Assembly (NCBI GenBank): GCA_040954595.2
Contig: CM082594.2
Location: forward strand, 9,552,296 to 9,616,295
Length of the DNA: 64,000 nucleotides
Reading direction: 5' to 3'
Source: Balanoglossus misakiensis
Taxonomy: Eukaryota; Animalia; Hemichordata
Below, piece after piece: positions 28,305-51,504 of the stretch. The notes under the pieces are model-generated. The model saw only the letters and a list, made by a program, of their open reading frames with translations. It did no database searches and was not told the origin of the DNA. Position 1 is the stretch's first letter, and each line of letters opens with the position of its first letter. The translations under genes and the position numbers were made by a program.

Positions 28305-28336
<32 letters not shown>
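28200..28336. repeat. (CA)n-(TACA)n-(CA)n microsatellite
   Basis: Directly visible TACA array flanked by CA runs. Confidence 0.95.
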
Positions 28337-29070
28337 CCTGATAACAACTCACAGCTCAAGAAAACCAGCTAATGCCATACATATATACCTGTGCCATTTA
28401 CCACAATCGCAAATCCCTACCACAGAAACCTTTAAATACCCCCGTTTTCATCCACACAGACACCTGACCACTATCAACTGATTTTCCTGCAAAAAAATGA
28501 ATAAACCTTTCCTAATTCCACCGTGGTAAGTCCATTGCCTTTTCCAATGGACACCAAAACCTTTGACTCAGTGAAGGGGGGTTCTCCATATAATTTTTAT
28601 TGTTATTGAGAAGTTTACCAGTACAGTGTTTATGGTACAGAATGAAACCCCTCTGCATAAAAGTGGTATGTGCTGCTTTTTCATTGGTTAAGAGATTTCT
28701 CTGAAGTGATGCTGACAGTTTAAATTTGTACATAATAAATTAGATATACGTGTACTTTATTAAGTAAGGAAATCTATTAGTTATTTGCACATTGTGGTAC
28801 AAATTATCCCCAAACTTTGTGACATTTACAGATACTTCATAGTGGCAATTCAACCAAGTCTGACTTCCAGGTTACAATTTACCAAAAAATAAAAAAATAA
28901 ATAAATAAACAATAATGAAATTTTGATGTAATTTTGTAATTAACTACCCTAGTCTTTCTCTTTCTGCATTTGGTCTTTCCCACGACTTTGTCTGAAATCC
29001 AACATGTTTTTGCAGTTACTAGATATTTACAGATTAAAATTTAGTCACAAGCGCTATTTAAAAGGATGTT

Positions 29071-29163
29071 TTAACCCTTTCACCCCCATTTTCTTGTATA
29101 GAGGTCCAGCATTGCTATTCAAAACAATGAAGTTGGACCAAACCATGGTGGTGAAAGGGTTAA
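29071..29163 (-). mobile_element. piggyBac-like MITE, inverted copy
   Basis: TTAACCCTTTCAC ... GTGAAAGGGTTAA; the core is the reverse complement of the 24308 copy. Confidence 0.75.
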
Positions 29164-30731
29164 TTCATGTTTACCACTGTTACAATGGCCACATCAGCAT
29201 GGAGATTTAGAGTTGAGAATACAAGTACAAGTTCACAAATGTTGTACCCATGGCAACAACAGAACCTTGCATCCATGGCAACACAGCCTTGCCACTTTTG
29301 CTGTCAACTTGCATGTGTCACATAGTTTATGGTAACCTTGGTTTTATGTATCTTCTGAACATATAATCATCTGTCACTTTATGGCAAATGTTTCTCGTAA
29401 ATTTTCAAATGGAATGCGTTCCCATATAAAGTATGGATAAAGACGTGCGCAACATGTGAAACATGGACGTTAGGTCAGAGGTCATGGACATAACAGGAAA
29501 AGCCATCAACTCCAAAGAAATATTAACGCAACACGATAATTTGACAGTAATGTACGTTTGTGACGTAGGAGAAGTTTCACCGTGGAAACATGTTGGATAA
29601 CAGTGCTTTCAGACAGGTTTTGTGGAAAAGATGTTAGTTTTGAATGTTTTTAGACTTGAGCAATGGCGGTCTCTTTCTTAAATGCCACCATGTCAGTTGC
29701 TCTTGTGGGTTTCCAAAGAAAACAAAGATGTTTGTAGTTTGTAAGATACTACAACAGAAACTAGGAATGGGTGGACAGTAGCTGTAATTTGTTACTATTT
29801 TTTCGGTATTTTTGTTCTGTGTGTCAACTAAGTTTCTTGTTCTACTCCCTAAGGCATGCTAAAATATCCAGCAGTCTGCTCCTCAAGAGAGCCTGTTTAT
29901 GTATGATAACCACTGTTGTAATTATTGTAAATTAATGTAAGTCCCAAATCTCGATCGGGTATAAAAACTTCCACCTTACTTCAGAGACACGAACAAGAAA
30001 CTGCAGTTGACACACAACTCAAAAATGCTGCAAAGAAATAGCTGGGAACTACAGCTAATGGTGCTTTGAACACAAATTTGCAGACTTTTTGGAATGTAGA
30101 CAAGATTATTTCAACAGCTTATTGCATTAAGACATTTAAGAAACGGGCTGCTGATTTGAAAAAAATCTTTCAAATTTCTAGAAACTTTAAATAAAGATTT
30201 GATAGAGAGTCAACAGCAAATATATATATATATATTATATATGTATATCAATGCTAAAATATGTATATAAGATATTTGTTTTTTTTTTATCTGTATACAG
30301 CATGCATGGGCTTTTACATGTATATTGTTTTATCAGATGATAGCTAGTGATTTCCATCACTTTACAATGGTTTTTAGCTTAATTTAACTATTTGTGTTTA
30401 TTAATTAATGTATTTTGAGAAGGCTGGTAAATAATGGGAAAGATGGTCAAAGGGTGATAATCAAATGTAAAAGAGATTCAAACTGTTGATTGGTGTTTTC
30501 TTTTGACAACGGAGTTAGTGAACAGTCGGTGAAAGTGTGCAAACGTGTCTATTTATTGTGTGTGCATATACTGTATATTTTTATATTAAAATTTTATTGC
30601 AATTTAATCCAATACTATTTTGAATAAAAATTTATGCTGCAATGTGAAAAGCTATCTGGTGTCTTCGAAGTTCTGTTGATTATTTTCGGCATCGTGTCAT
30701 GCTCGGTAGATGTGTTAGGGTTGGTATGCCT

Positions 30732-30785
30732 CCAATCTGATTAAAATCAGATGTAGGGAACGGCGACTGATTTTAATCAGATTGG
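30732..30785. repeat. Perfect 19-bp inverted repeat with a 16-nt spacer
   Basis: CCAATCTGATTAAAATCAG (30732-30750) / CTGATTTTAATCAGATTGG (30767-30785). Confidence 0.85.
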
Positions 30786-31500
30786 TATGCCTCTTGCATA
30801 TATAACAGCGCCCTCTATAGTTCGGTCCACTTCAGACGGGGTACATCAAACCTTATTTACTGCAGAGCAAAATGTGAAGGAATTGACAAGCCTCATAAAA
30901 TAGACCACTCATGATGCAACCTTGACATGGTAGTACAATATGTATCAATAAAAAACACCAGATCCAAAAGCCAGATTTTTATCAAAATATTTTATTTAAC
31001 TATTGAACAATGTACTTGTCATTGTAAATGAAACGGTAGTAAGAGTGAACACAGATTATTTTTTTTAAATATCAGGTGAAAATTAATTACAATCATCGTG
31101 TTTTGGTGTTGCAAGTTTCTGGCCTGGACCTCCTGAAAGGACAGGAAGACAATATGTACATCTTGTCTTTAACCCTTTAGAACATGATCCCTGGTAACCT
31201 ATATTGTTATTCAGAAGTTACATGTATTATCAGAGCCTGGCTAAAAGGTTTGACCATATCCCCCCCTCCCCCAAATTATTTCAACTCTGTTTCCCTGTGT
31301 ACAGATCTAAACATCACTGGGAAAAATAACCGTAGTAGAGACAGTATGTAAAATGTCTTGTTGTAATCTCATAAATTCACACAGCATTTTTGTCAAAAGT
31401 CAATTTAGAAATGGCACGGGAAAATCCCCAAAATTAACTTACAACTGAACATAAATTATTCATAATATAAAGTAAAAGATAATCTGTAGCATTAAAAGCA

Positions 31501-34500
31501 TCACTCTCTATCATCTGATGGCTGTTGATATCTTGAATCTGAATCCGACCAGACCAAGTTGTAATTTTCTTCCAATCGTTGTTGTCTTTGTTCTTCTTGG
31601 CTGGATTCTCGCCCTCCACCCTGCAAAGTAGCGGAACATTACTGTATACAGTCTTGTGATCTTTGCTTTAAATCTTCAGGGAACTATTATTGTGACAGTC
31701 TGTGTGAAACACAGCCTGATAAAATTTGAACAAGAGGTGCTTACCAGTAAACCAACAATCATGTTTTTGAAGTAGGAACTTTCTTCTTCTGACAGGATGG
31801 TCACCCCACTTTCATCCTCATGTGGATCATATGCTATTATTTTCACATCAATTTTTCCTGAGAAGAAAAGAAAGTTTTATTTAAAGTTAACCTTTGAAAC
31901 TTGAAAGTGCTTCAGAAAGAAATTTCCAAATGATCATCAGGTCAAGACTCACGGGACGACGACAGCTTCTGACAGCCACAGATTACTGCATCAGTGGTCG
32001 CCATCTTGTTCTAGATTAAAACAGCTCAAATCTATTTAAACTGGTTTAACTGTTTAAAAAAATTACCATCAGGATTAATTCCAGCGCTTTCTAAATGTTC
32101 CTCCACAGCTTTTTCAATCTTTTTGTACTTGCTGTCATAGATTTCACTCTCAATCTCCTTGGTGATTTCTCCAGCAATGTTGATCTTCGTCACACGGACT
32201 CTCACTCTGTCATCATGATCTTCTTCCTCGTCAACATCAAGTTCAGGTTCATCCTCTTCGTCATCTTCTTCAAGATCATCAAGGTCATCATGTGCACCGG
32301 CTTTCAGTTCATCTGTTTTTGTTGACGTCTGTTTGATTGACGCTTTCTCCTCCTCTGTAGGATTGAACAATGTTACCTCAATGTTAGGAAACTCTGGTCA
32401 GGAAAAGGGGGTAAAAGGGTATCCATCGGAGCACAGAAGTTGAAATACATCAATATGTACTTTTTTTCATACGCCTCCTTACCTTCAAGTTTGTCTTCCA
32501 TTCTTGTTTTTAGTGTATCAACCACTTTATTCAGCATCTTGGCTAAATTCTTAGCGGCATCTCTGTGATCTATTTCATCAAAAATCTTGTCATCTCCAAA
32601 TTCTTCCTGAGCCTAAAATGGAATGCGAAATGATTGTCAACTCCAAAACATCAACTTTTTTGCTGATCAGAGATTTTTGGGACAGTTTCAGGATGCCCCG
32701 TCACATAAGTGTCTCTGTCTGGCAACTTATTCTAAAAATGCAACCTCATCATAGTCATTTTACTAACCTCAGCGAGAATATCATCAAATTGTTGCAGAAT
32801 ATTGTTTTTGATGTGATCTACAATCCTTTCTTTGTTGTCTGTGTCATCATACATGTCGTCCAGCTCATCTTCCAATATTTTCAGTTTCGTCTCAAGATCG
32901 AACTCTTCTAATTCTGCCTCTGTCAAAAGCTGCTCTCCAATGTCATCTTCTTCAGAACTGTCCTCCTCAAGACTGTCCCTATTTTCTTGGGAGTGTAAGT
33001 CTTCAGTGCTAAAATAGAATAAAGGCACTCATATTTCAGTGTCAATGTCAATGCTATTCTAGTGATCTCAACATTGTGACCAAAATCTGCATTGAAAAAT
33101 TTGTGGATTGAGAGTAATGCATGACTGCTGTACCTTTGGCTTGCTCTGGCTGCTTGTGAGGTATCTGTGTTAATGAGACTTGACCCAACATTCTGTATTG
33201 TAGTCTGAAGATGACTTAAGAGGGTTTCCATCTGTTCTTCATTCTGTAAATCCACGTCCAATTCGACGTCCACCTCTATCTCCGTCAACCTGTCATCTGC
33301 AATCAGGATCACATGAATGGAGAGACACTTGTGTGAAAACTGTCAACTTGTAAGTGAAAGGCCAATTTAATATGAAATAGTTTGAATTAAGAGCAGGGCC
33401 CTGCCAAACTGTTTCAGGGTCAGATTTTGCTGGGAGGTACTGGCAAGTGAACGATTGTGTCTACCATTTCTCACCTGTTGTGGCATCTCCACTACTTTTT
33501 GTCAATGAAGCATGCAGATTAATGATATCTTTATAAAGGTCAGAGAGTTTATTGTAACTTTCTTGCTTAGAAAAGTTCTCCTCATCTTTATTCTCCTTGA
33601 TGTTGACAGCTAATGCATGCAGTTCATCGGCACTCTCTGTCAGTTTGTCTCCGAGTTGGTTCAGCTGAGGATGAGTTTCACTACTGTGGAATTCCTTTGC
33701 TAATCCGTCCAAGTCATACGCCAATTCAAATAAACTTTCCACCGTTTTCTGTCGAACTTTCTCTGCTGGTTTTGCCTCTTTTCTCATGAGAAAGTCCTTG
33801 CCGAAGATAACCATCGTGTTGAAGACGCTCTCCATCTTACTGGAGATCGTTTTCAGCAAGTCTGATTTTGAGACAATGATGTCATGCGATTCCTGTACAG
33901 AAACTTCCGGGGATGATGCTGCCAACTCTTGAGCTCTTTCGTCTGCCTCTGCTTGATGTTTAGCTAGAACCTCTGAAAGACAAAAATCACACAGGTTGGC
34001 ATCAGTACTTCACCAACACAATCAGTAAATATATAGCACATTTTCTTGTCAAGAAGCCTCCATAATTAATGAAATTATGGCATCCAGTAACAGTTTAGTG
34101 AAGCAAACTGTTAAACTATACCTTCGATCGCTTTCATTCGCATCTCCCTTTCTTGTTCTTCATCTACCCAAGGAAAAGACAAGATAATTTTGGTAAGAAT
34201 TATTATACCAATATCTTACATTTTTCATCATTTGGATACAGTCACTGCATCAAGGTTTGCATGGTATTTTTTAGCCTTTTGAACCCAGCTAAGAAGAAAA
34301 CATCCGAATGATGTCACTCAAGGGTCAAAGAGCAAAGGGTTAACTCATTTGCCAGACAGACTGAATGTTATATCCATTGAATCAACAGAGAACTGATCTA
34401 TAGCATTGATGGCATCACACAACCACTGCATAGAAACACACTTCTTATATCAGACATCTCACTCATCATAGGAAATGAAGAAAGAAAATACAAACTCGCA

Positions 34501-37232
34501 CACATCTCCCACACAGTATGTTTTTAATATTCTCTGATTAAAATCAGATGTGAGTCTCATTTGATTCCTCTCTGCCTTGACCTTTGTATTTGCATGGGTC
34601 AGTCCTTACCCCTCTTTTCAAGGACAGTGGAAATGAAGGTCGCAATGATGACCTCAGCTGATGGCTGTATTTAGCAGACACAAAACCTGTCTGTATCAAA
34701 AACCTGATCGGTATTGCGCATTTGCTGATCATGTCTGACTCATTCTCACACCAGGAACTAACTAGTGTGCACTACTATACTTACCATTTTTTCTCTCTAA
34801 ATACTTTTCATACTGGTCGTGATTCAAAGCAGGGAAACAGAGTATAGGTCTGGGTTTGTAGCTTGGTGGTAATCTGAGATACGGATGTTTGCAGACTCTG
34901 TTTGTGTAGATTGTGAGTAGATAGGTGCAAGAGGAAGGTTCATCCACCCTGGTCAAAATGTCTGACTCTTCTTCGGAACACAAAAACTGAGATAGAAAAA
35001 AAGAAAAGAATTACTTTTGGGGATGGTATTTAAATATCCACAAGCTATAGAGGGCGCTGTTCACAATTTATTTAGTTGTGCAAACACACGCACAGACTTT
35101 TTTCTTTAAAATCCATGCTTCTACTCACCCGGACTTCTGTTTCACGCATTTTTCCAGTGAGATCACAAACAGATCCATTTTTGTAAAGCTGGCTGTGATA
35201 TCGATTTGCCTTGTGCTTTTTCATCTCCTGATGTGAATGGTTTTTCCAATCAAATTCTGAATCAAAATGACCCAAGGATATGATGTCACCAATGGCATTC
35301 CCATCTTCCATATGATATTGTTTTATATCCCTGCCGTAACAGAACTCATATGTCCACCACTGTTTTGTCTGTCAAATGAATAAAAGAAAAGAAAACAAGA
35401 ATTCTGGTCATTGTTAGGTAAACAATAACAATGAAATGTTCATTTCTGTGTTCCACACAATTTAATATATTTATTCAGAACCTTCCAACACACCTATAAC
35501 ATAACAGTGTTTGTACCTTTATAAGACATGGTAAATTTTCCAATGGTTTTAGTAATTCTGGAATTCCAATTTCTGCTGTTTCTTTATCTTCATCATGGTG
35601 TTTGTCGACTGCATCTTCTGGTAGCTGGCACTCGTACTCTTGTCCATGCTTTGACTTCATATACACCACATTTAGTTGCAAAGGCTGCAAAATTCAAAAA
35701 GTGAAAAGTTAAATGTTCTCTGTCCTTAAAAGCTAGAAATTTACTTCCACTCTATGATGCTACGCAGAATTAAAAGCAGCTAATTGTGATCTTTAATCAA
35801 GAAGTATGTGTGTTTTTAGTTAGTGCTTGCCTTCAAATGTCCGTTTCTATTTCCTTTTTTCATCATTGTTTTGTTTGTTCAATGTTATTGCTCACTGCCA
35901 TGCAATGAATTGCCAATTTGGGATAGTAATTGCCCATTGATTGGCTGGTGATTGCACCAAGTCATTACATATGCAAATATGTTAGTGACAATACCACAAT
36001 GTCAAGCATTTCATCAATGCTCTAGTTCTGTTGTACAATCTACATGTACCTGTCTTTCCAAACACACCAGTTGTATTAACAGTGGATGGTATTTATTTTT
36101 AGACATTTTTCTATTTTCACAAGGTCTACCTTCAGACACTTTCTTTTTCAGCAGAACAAACAAAGTAACTAGTTATATTTGCATACAATTGATGTCTGCT
36201 GTGATGTCATTTTACCCAGAAGTCCCCATTCAATTGTTTTGATCTCAAATGCTGAGCAAGATTAGCTACTCAAGTGATACTCTTTTGAAGGTTTAATAAA
36301 AGCAATGCAAAGCATCCATGGAACTCCTTTTCTGATTAGACAACACAGAGTTTACAATGGATTGACACACAGTGTTACCTTATTACCACTACTGTTTCTG
36401 TAGCCTGTATAAGTTGTACACAAATGGGGTATGGCACTGATCAGAGGATTACCCCAGAGGTGACCCACTTGGAAAGATGAATTAACCAAGTTATCAGGTT
36501 TAAATGACTGATTCTCAAATATGGTCTAGTTCACAGATGCCAGGGGAAGGGGTAAGGGTTAAGATCTTAGATGACCCAACTTCACAGGTCACATTCACAC
36601 CTGGTTTGCACCTGTTCAGTGACAGCTCTCATCAAGAAAATGACCAATCTGAGGAAACTTTATGAGGTCACTGCAGGTCAGCCATTTTAACTGTTGTATG
36701 GCCCCATTTGGCTATGATGCTTTTGGTGAAGCTGTACTTGCCCTAATATTGCGCGTATAGGGGTCACTTTTATCATGCACCTGCTCCATATGGCAGCTGC
36801 GATGGTCATTTCGCCAATGCTGAATGCTTGTAATGTAAATAGATGACGACATTGAGTTGGATATCAAACATGTTGATAAGCTCTAATGCTGTCGGTGGTG
36901 ATGGCTGATATTTCTGTGTTTCTAACTAGATGATTATTGCCGATGGTGGCAAAACCATGGATCTTTATCGACATCACTGCATCCATCGCGATCAGAAATG
37001 TACATCTGTGTGACCCTGGATGGTGTGGAGGAGATCTAAACAAGAGCCTGGGAGGTGATGAACTTGTACTCACCCGTCCTACAAGGACTGGCGTATCTGC
37101 AATGTCAATGCCGTATTTTACATCGTCTATTTCTTCTAAATCTAAGAATGAATTCAACTGAGCGCAAAAGAGCGCAAAGTTTAACGAAAAGACGGCCGTT
37201 AAAAGAGTCAGTTTCCTGACTGGAGTAACCAT
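31501..37232 (-). CDS. OS9: OS-9 ER lectin (MRH domain, ERAD), ~800 aa
   Basis: 12 phase-consistent exons: 37074-37232, 35517-35684, 35129-35368, 34785-34986, 34122-34163, 33475-33972, 33134-33296, 32768-33008, 32483-32612, 32067-32393, 31745-31857, 31501-31620. Signal peptide, then LEE..YGI.I, YECQLP, GIPELL.P, WWTYEFCYG..I.QYH, YKNGSVCDLTG..RETEVRF.C, RVDEPSSCTY, RVRVRVTK, GKIDVKI, LEENYNLVW. Confidence 0.93.
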
Positions 37233-37267
37233 CTTCCTCCTCTTGTTTACTGACCTCAGATTGACCC

Positions 37268-37310
37268 GCGCAGGCGCATCAGACAAGTACACGCCATAAG
37301 GATTGATTGG
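37268..37310 (-). promoter_or_regulatory. OS9 proximal promoter motifs (NRF1-like GCGCAGGCGCA and a CCAAT box)
   Basis: The motifs lie 35-80 bp upstream of the OS9 ATG, in a CpG-rich stretch at the OS9 end of the divergent OS9/TANC interval. Confidence 0.35.
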
Positions 37311-40300
37311 ACGGGGAGCTGAGAGGGAGGAAATGGAGCGAAGCGGGGCTCCCAGATATTCTTCGCTAATGAAATCTAAATATTTAAACAGTTTCTTTTG
37401 ATAATGTATCACTTTGCTCAACAACAATAAATTTATTGCCAGGTAGATTTTGGTGAATTAAGTGCAACTCGTCATCAATCCAAATCCATCTGTTTTCTTC
37501 TATCAATATCATCACTTTGTAACAAACTTTGTTTGATGTGGCGTCCATGGTTTGTATGTAATCAGAAAAAAATGCATTTATATGTGAAAGTTTGGGACGG
37601 AAATTGCCCCTTTTGCGTAGTCTTGCTCCGGAAATGAGACTGCACGTATGACCCCATCGAAACAAGGCCTGAAAATGCAAGTTTTGTATTTTGTCGGCAT
37701 AAATTAACATAAATTACAGGTTGACCTGGTGCTGTGAACTGTGGTGCTGTGCAGTGGAAGTTGACTAATATGTGTGTGTAGGCAGACGTTGGAATGTCTG
37801 CGAGAATGTTTGTATTACCGAACCCTATTTTTACATTGGAATTTCGCTTTAACGTTGATTCAACGAGTATGGTAAGTTAATTATGCGCTGTGCTTTGTTT
37901 CTGTCGAGCTTTCAACGTGAATGTACGCTGAGAAAAACGAGACGATTGCAACAGTGTACACATTTGGGTCGGTTCGAACCAAATGTCGATATGCACGATT
38001 TCAAAACAATGCAATGATCTCGTTCGTCTCGGTGTTGATATCTTTATCTGATTATCATCCTCATGTCGTTCGTCAGTAGACAAACTTTAACGATACGAGG
38101 GTGGGCGTCATTATCGCTCCAATTCTGCCATGATTCTGTGAGCTGGCCATAGACACTCAATGTACAGTATGTAAGATGGCACCTCCGTTCATCAAAGAAT
38201 GTTGTCGTGTGTGGTTGTATGACATGGCCGTTCTACTGTTATAAAGCTGTTTACTGGACCTAGCTTTATCCCCTGTCTCTGGAGATTTGTAATTTTGTTT
38301 TGAAAGTTATCGTTTTGCGAACCGGAAGTTGAATTAACAACTGGGCGTTTTGAGCCTTGGGAACATCCTAATACATACACATAACACAAGGCGTTCAGTC
38401 CAATAATTTGTAATGAATTCAAAACAATCTGGTGGTGACAGCTAAATATAAAAGATCTCGTGCTGCATAGTTTCACAGCTATCTATTTTGCTTTGTGAAA
38501 CTATGGAGCTGAGATTAAATGAACCATTACATTTTGAGGGAGTTGGCGTCACCTATTTTCAAGGGTACTCACTCTGTGAAAGGATGAAACAGGACAACAA
38601 TGCACTGGAATAATATGTCAACACAAGTTCTGAAGGACTGCATCTTTTGTCCAAACAAATATAGGCTAAGCAGACATTTCCGGTAGTTTTAATGTAAACA
38701 TTTAGTTCTGTGGGTACGTTTGAAACTGTAGGACCGAAAGAGCTACCAACTACAAGTGTGAAACTGATGACTTATAATCACCAATATCATACAGATGCAT
38801 GCATGCAAATAAACATCCACGAAGTTCATATAAAGTGAATCAACAAAAAGATACTCTGTCTCTTTGTTGAAAAATCCCACTTATATGTGCCGTGGTTGTG
38901 AAAGGGACTATTTTTCGCCTCCGAACATCTGTGGCTAATCCATGGAATACAATGGATACACAACTGCATGCAGGATTACCCATAATTCTCGTGAGTTTCA
39001 AATTCCATGGGTCTTGAAGTGGAGCATACCTCTGAAGCCCCTGCAGAGTGCCTGGTCAATGATCTTTTAGAGGGAAAAGTACCTGATAACGTACATGTAG
39101 TCACTGACAATCAACCTTTCCCCCCGTAATTGTTAGTTCAGAGGCAGAATTAATTGAAGTGAACGTTTTGTGAGAGAGAGAAAAAGCACACACAAAAAAC
39201 AGTGCTACTTGGACTTTATTGGTCTACTATGCTTTGTCATTTTATTCAATTATAATTGAACTAATATAATTATATTGGCATGGGCATACCAGCAGACATG
39301 TCAGCTATTGTCCACAATACAACAGAACTTGTGACATGATAATTTATTTACTACTTTCTACATTGCTCCACTTTTGCCTCATCAATGTACAGGTAGTCTG
39401 CCAAAGATAGTAAACAAATGCACTTTGTGCTCCATTGGCCTTTTGAACAGTTTTATGGATAACAAGTATATATTTCAGCACGAATATAATTGTGTAGTGG
39501 CGTTTTCTTGCTTGTCAGTTATTGTTCCCATTTCTCATATGTATGTGTGTCAAGAGTATCTAGTCTGGTTGCTTTGGTTAATATTTTGTACACTGGTTCA
39601 GAGATATTCAAATTATGATGAAACCTAAGATTATGTATAGTGGTTTGGGAAATATTTTAAAGTCACTTGTGCGATTTATTTCTGCTGATGTTGATTGAAG
39701 CCGGAAGATTGAGTTTCCTTCATATTTATTTGCTTTAGTCATTGCCATACCATAGACCTGGCTGCTTGGTTGGATGGTTGGAACACATGTGTAACACAGC
39801 TGTTTCTATCAGGCCATGCATGAATCATGGGGTGGTGTCTCCATAGATTAGCCTTATTTTCAAGAACAACAAACTCGGCAGACAGGAAAAGCATTTTATT
39901 CACATATATGTATACTGGTTAATATTGGCAGCTGATGCTGAAAATTATTATCTCATAAAGAGTGTTCAACTTTGGACAGATGTTTTCAGCATGTGGTATC
40001 TTGCAGTGGACACATCTAACAATTCTCCAAAAGGATCTGACATAATTAGAAAATATCTGTGGAATGGCTTTAATTGTTTAACTAATGAAGAACATTTTTC
40101 ATATGTCCTCTATTAAATGTATTATTTTCTCTCTGGAGCTTAACTTGCACTCTTAGGGGGTCCTAAAAGTCGTGAGAGGAGGATCATGGGAAATGACACT
40201 TCTTGTGGAATCATGATGAAGGAGCCGTTGTTTCTACTAAAGGTCACAGGGTCGGCAAGAGTCATTACCATGATTCAAATACAAGACTCTTCAAGACGGG

Positions 40301-41355
40301 TTATTCATCAGCTTCATCCTGAAGTAAATCGATAAAATCAACAGACGTTCGGAAAAAAAGGATTAGCATGTGAACACATATAACTATTTTTAAGGAAGAT
40401 CTTAAAAAAAAACTATAATACCTTAGAATTGAGAATTGTGACTTTAATTTATGGCGCCCCTAAAGCCAGCTATTTCAGTACTGTTTAAGAGAATAACTGA
40501 AAATTACATTTCTTAGCTTAATGACCCTGCAGACAGTTTTGACTCACTTTCTGAATCCAAGCAAAGTTAGAGAGCTTTACTGTTTGGAGAATTTAAAGAA
40601 GTCATGTATGTAAACACTATTACTGTACATAAAGTGGAGGCAGACTCAAACTCTTGTTAAATTGATCACTTACATGACCTGCTGACGACCTGCATCCAGC
40701 TACATTTGTAGTATGACATCATCGAAAACAGCAGGTGGCAACACAAGTTCTTTTGAATCTTCGCATCTCTGTGATCGGAGATAATTGCAATGAGGAGTGC
40801 ACCGGCAGAACTGCAGTGAAAACTGACACAGAGTTGAAAAAATCAGGATTGCTGAATCACATCGATGAGAAAAACTGGATGCAGGTCACACAGGGGTCGC
40901 GGAATCGGCCAATTGGAAGGTGGCTAAGAATCTAGCCGGCCACAAATCATGAATGGTATAATTAGGGGAGTTTATCTCTCTAGGTGACTCACGTATTGAG
41001 TTGAGATCAGTCCAGTGAGAGCTAGTTCCAATCTAATACAACTTTCACGTTCAGGCCGTAAAACATCATGCTATGCATTCACAAATGTATGCAACTAGGA
41101 AAAAAAGTGCAGACTTGAATGAATTTGCATGTGGCCGTAAAGATTGTTTTTTTGTGGTGACTGTGCTGTCAATATGCCAGTCATGGGTAGCCAATCTGGC
41201 AGTGTACCGGTACAGATGTTCTGTTGTGTGTCATTAGTGTAGGATGGAAGCCTCTATTCAAATGTCTTTCTCCACGGAAGTTTCTGAATCTTTTGAAACG
41301 GATACATTTAATTGAAGCAGTCGTTGGGTGTGATGTCTTGATGTCGGTTTTAAAA

Positions 41356-51410
<10,055 letters not shown>

Positions 51411-51429
<19 letters not shown>

Positions 51430-51504
51430 TGGTCTTATTGGACCAGGTGCTACTGCCCTCTAGTGGTGTCATTGGCATAGGTGCTACTGCCCTATAGTGG
51501 TGTC
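51411..51504 (+). repeat. Three tandem 34-bp units (third partial) overlapping the TANC stop codon
   Basis: AGGTGCTACTGCCCT(C/A)TAGTGGT starts at 51411, 51445 and 51479. Confidence 0.9.

Noticed and set aside
28013-28481. HTYI-repeat and CMYV-repeat ORFs
   Set aside because: Artefacts of the (TACA)n microsatellite.
29771-30068. Weak inverted ends (AGTAGCTGTAAT / ACTACAGCTAAT), possibly an old Kolobok-type MITE; similar eroded repeats near 7430-7640, 10360-10660 and 13770-13915
   Set aside because: Too degenerate to delimit or classify without a repeat library.
37290-37312. Possible ER-stress element (ERSE) in the OS9 promoter
   Set aside because: A CCAAT box is present, but the required CCACG half-site at N9 (or N1 for ERSE-II) is absent.
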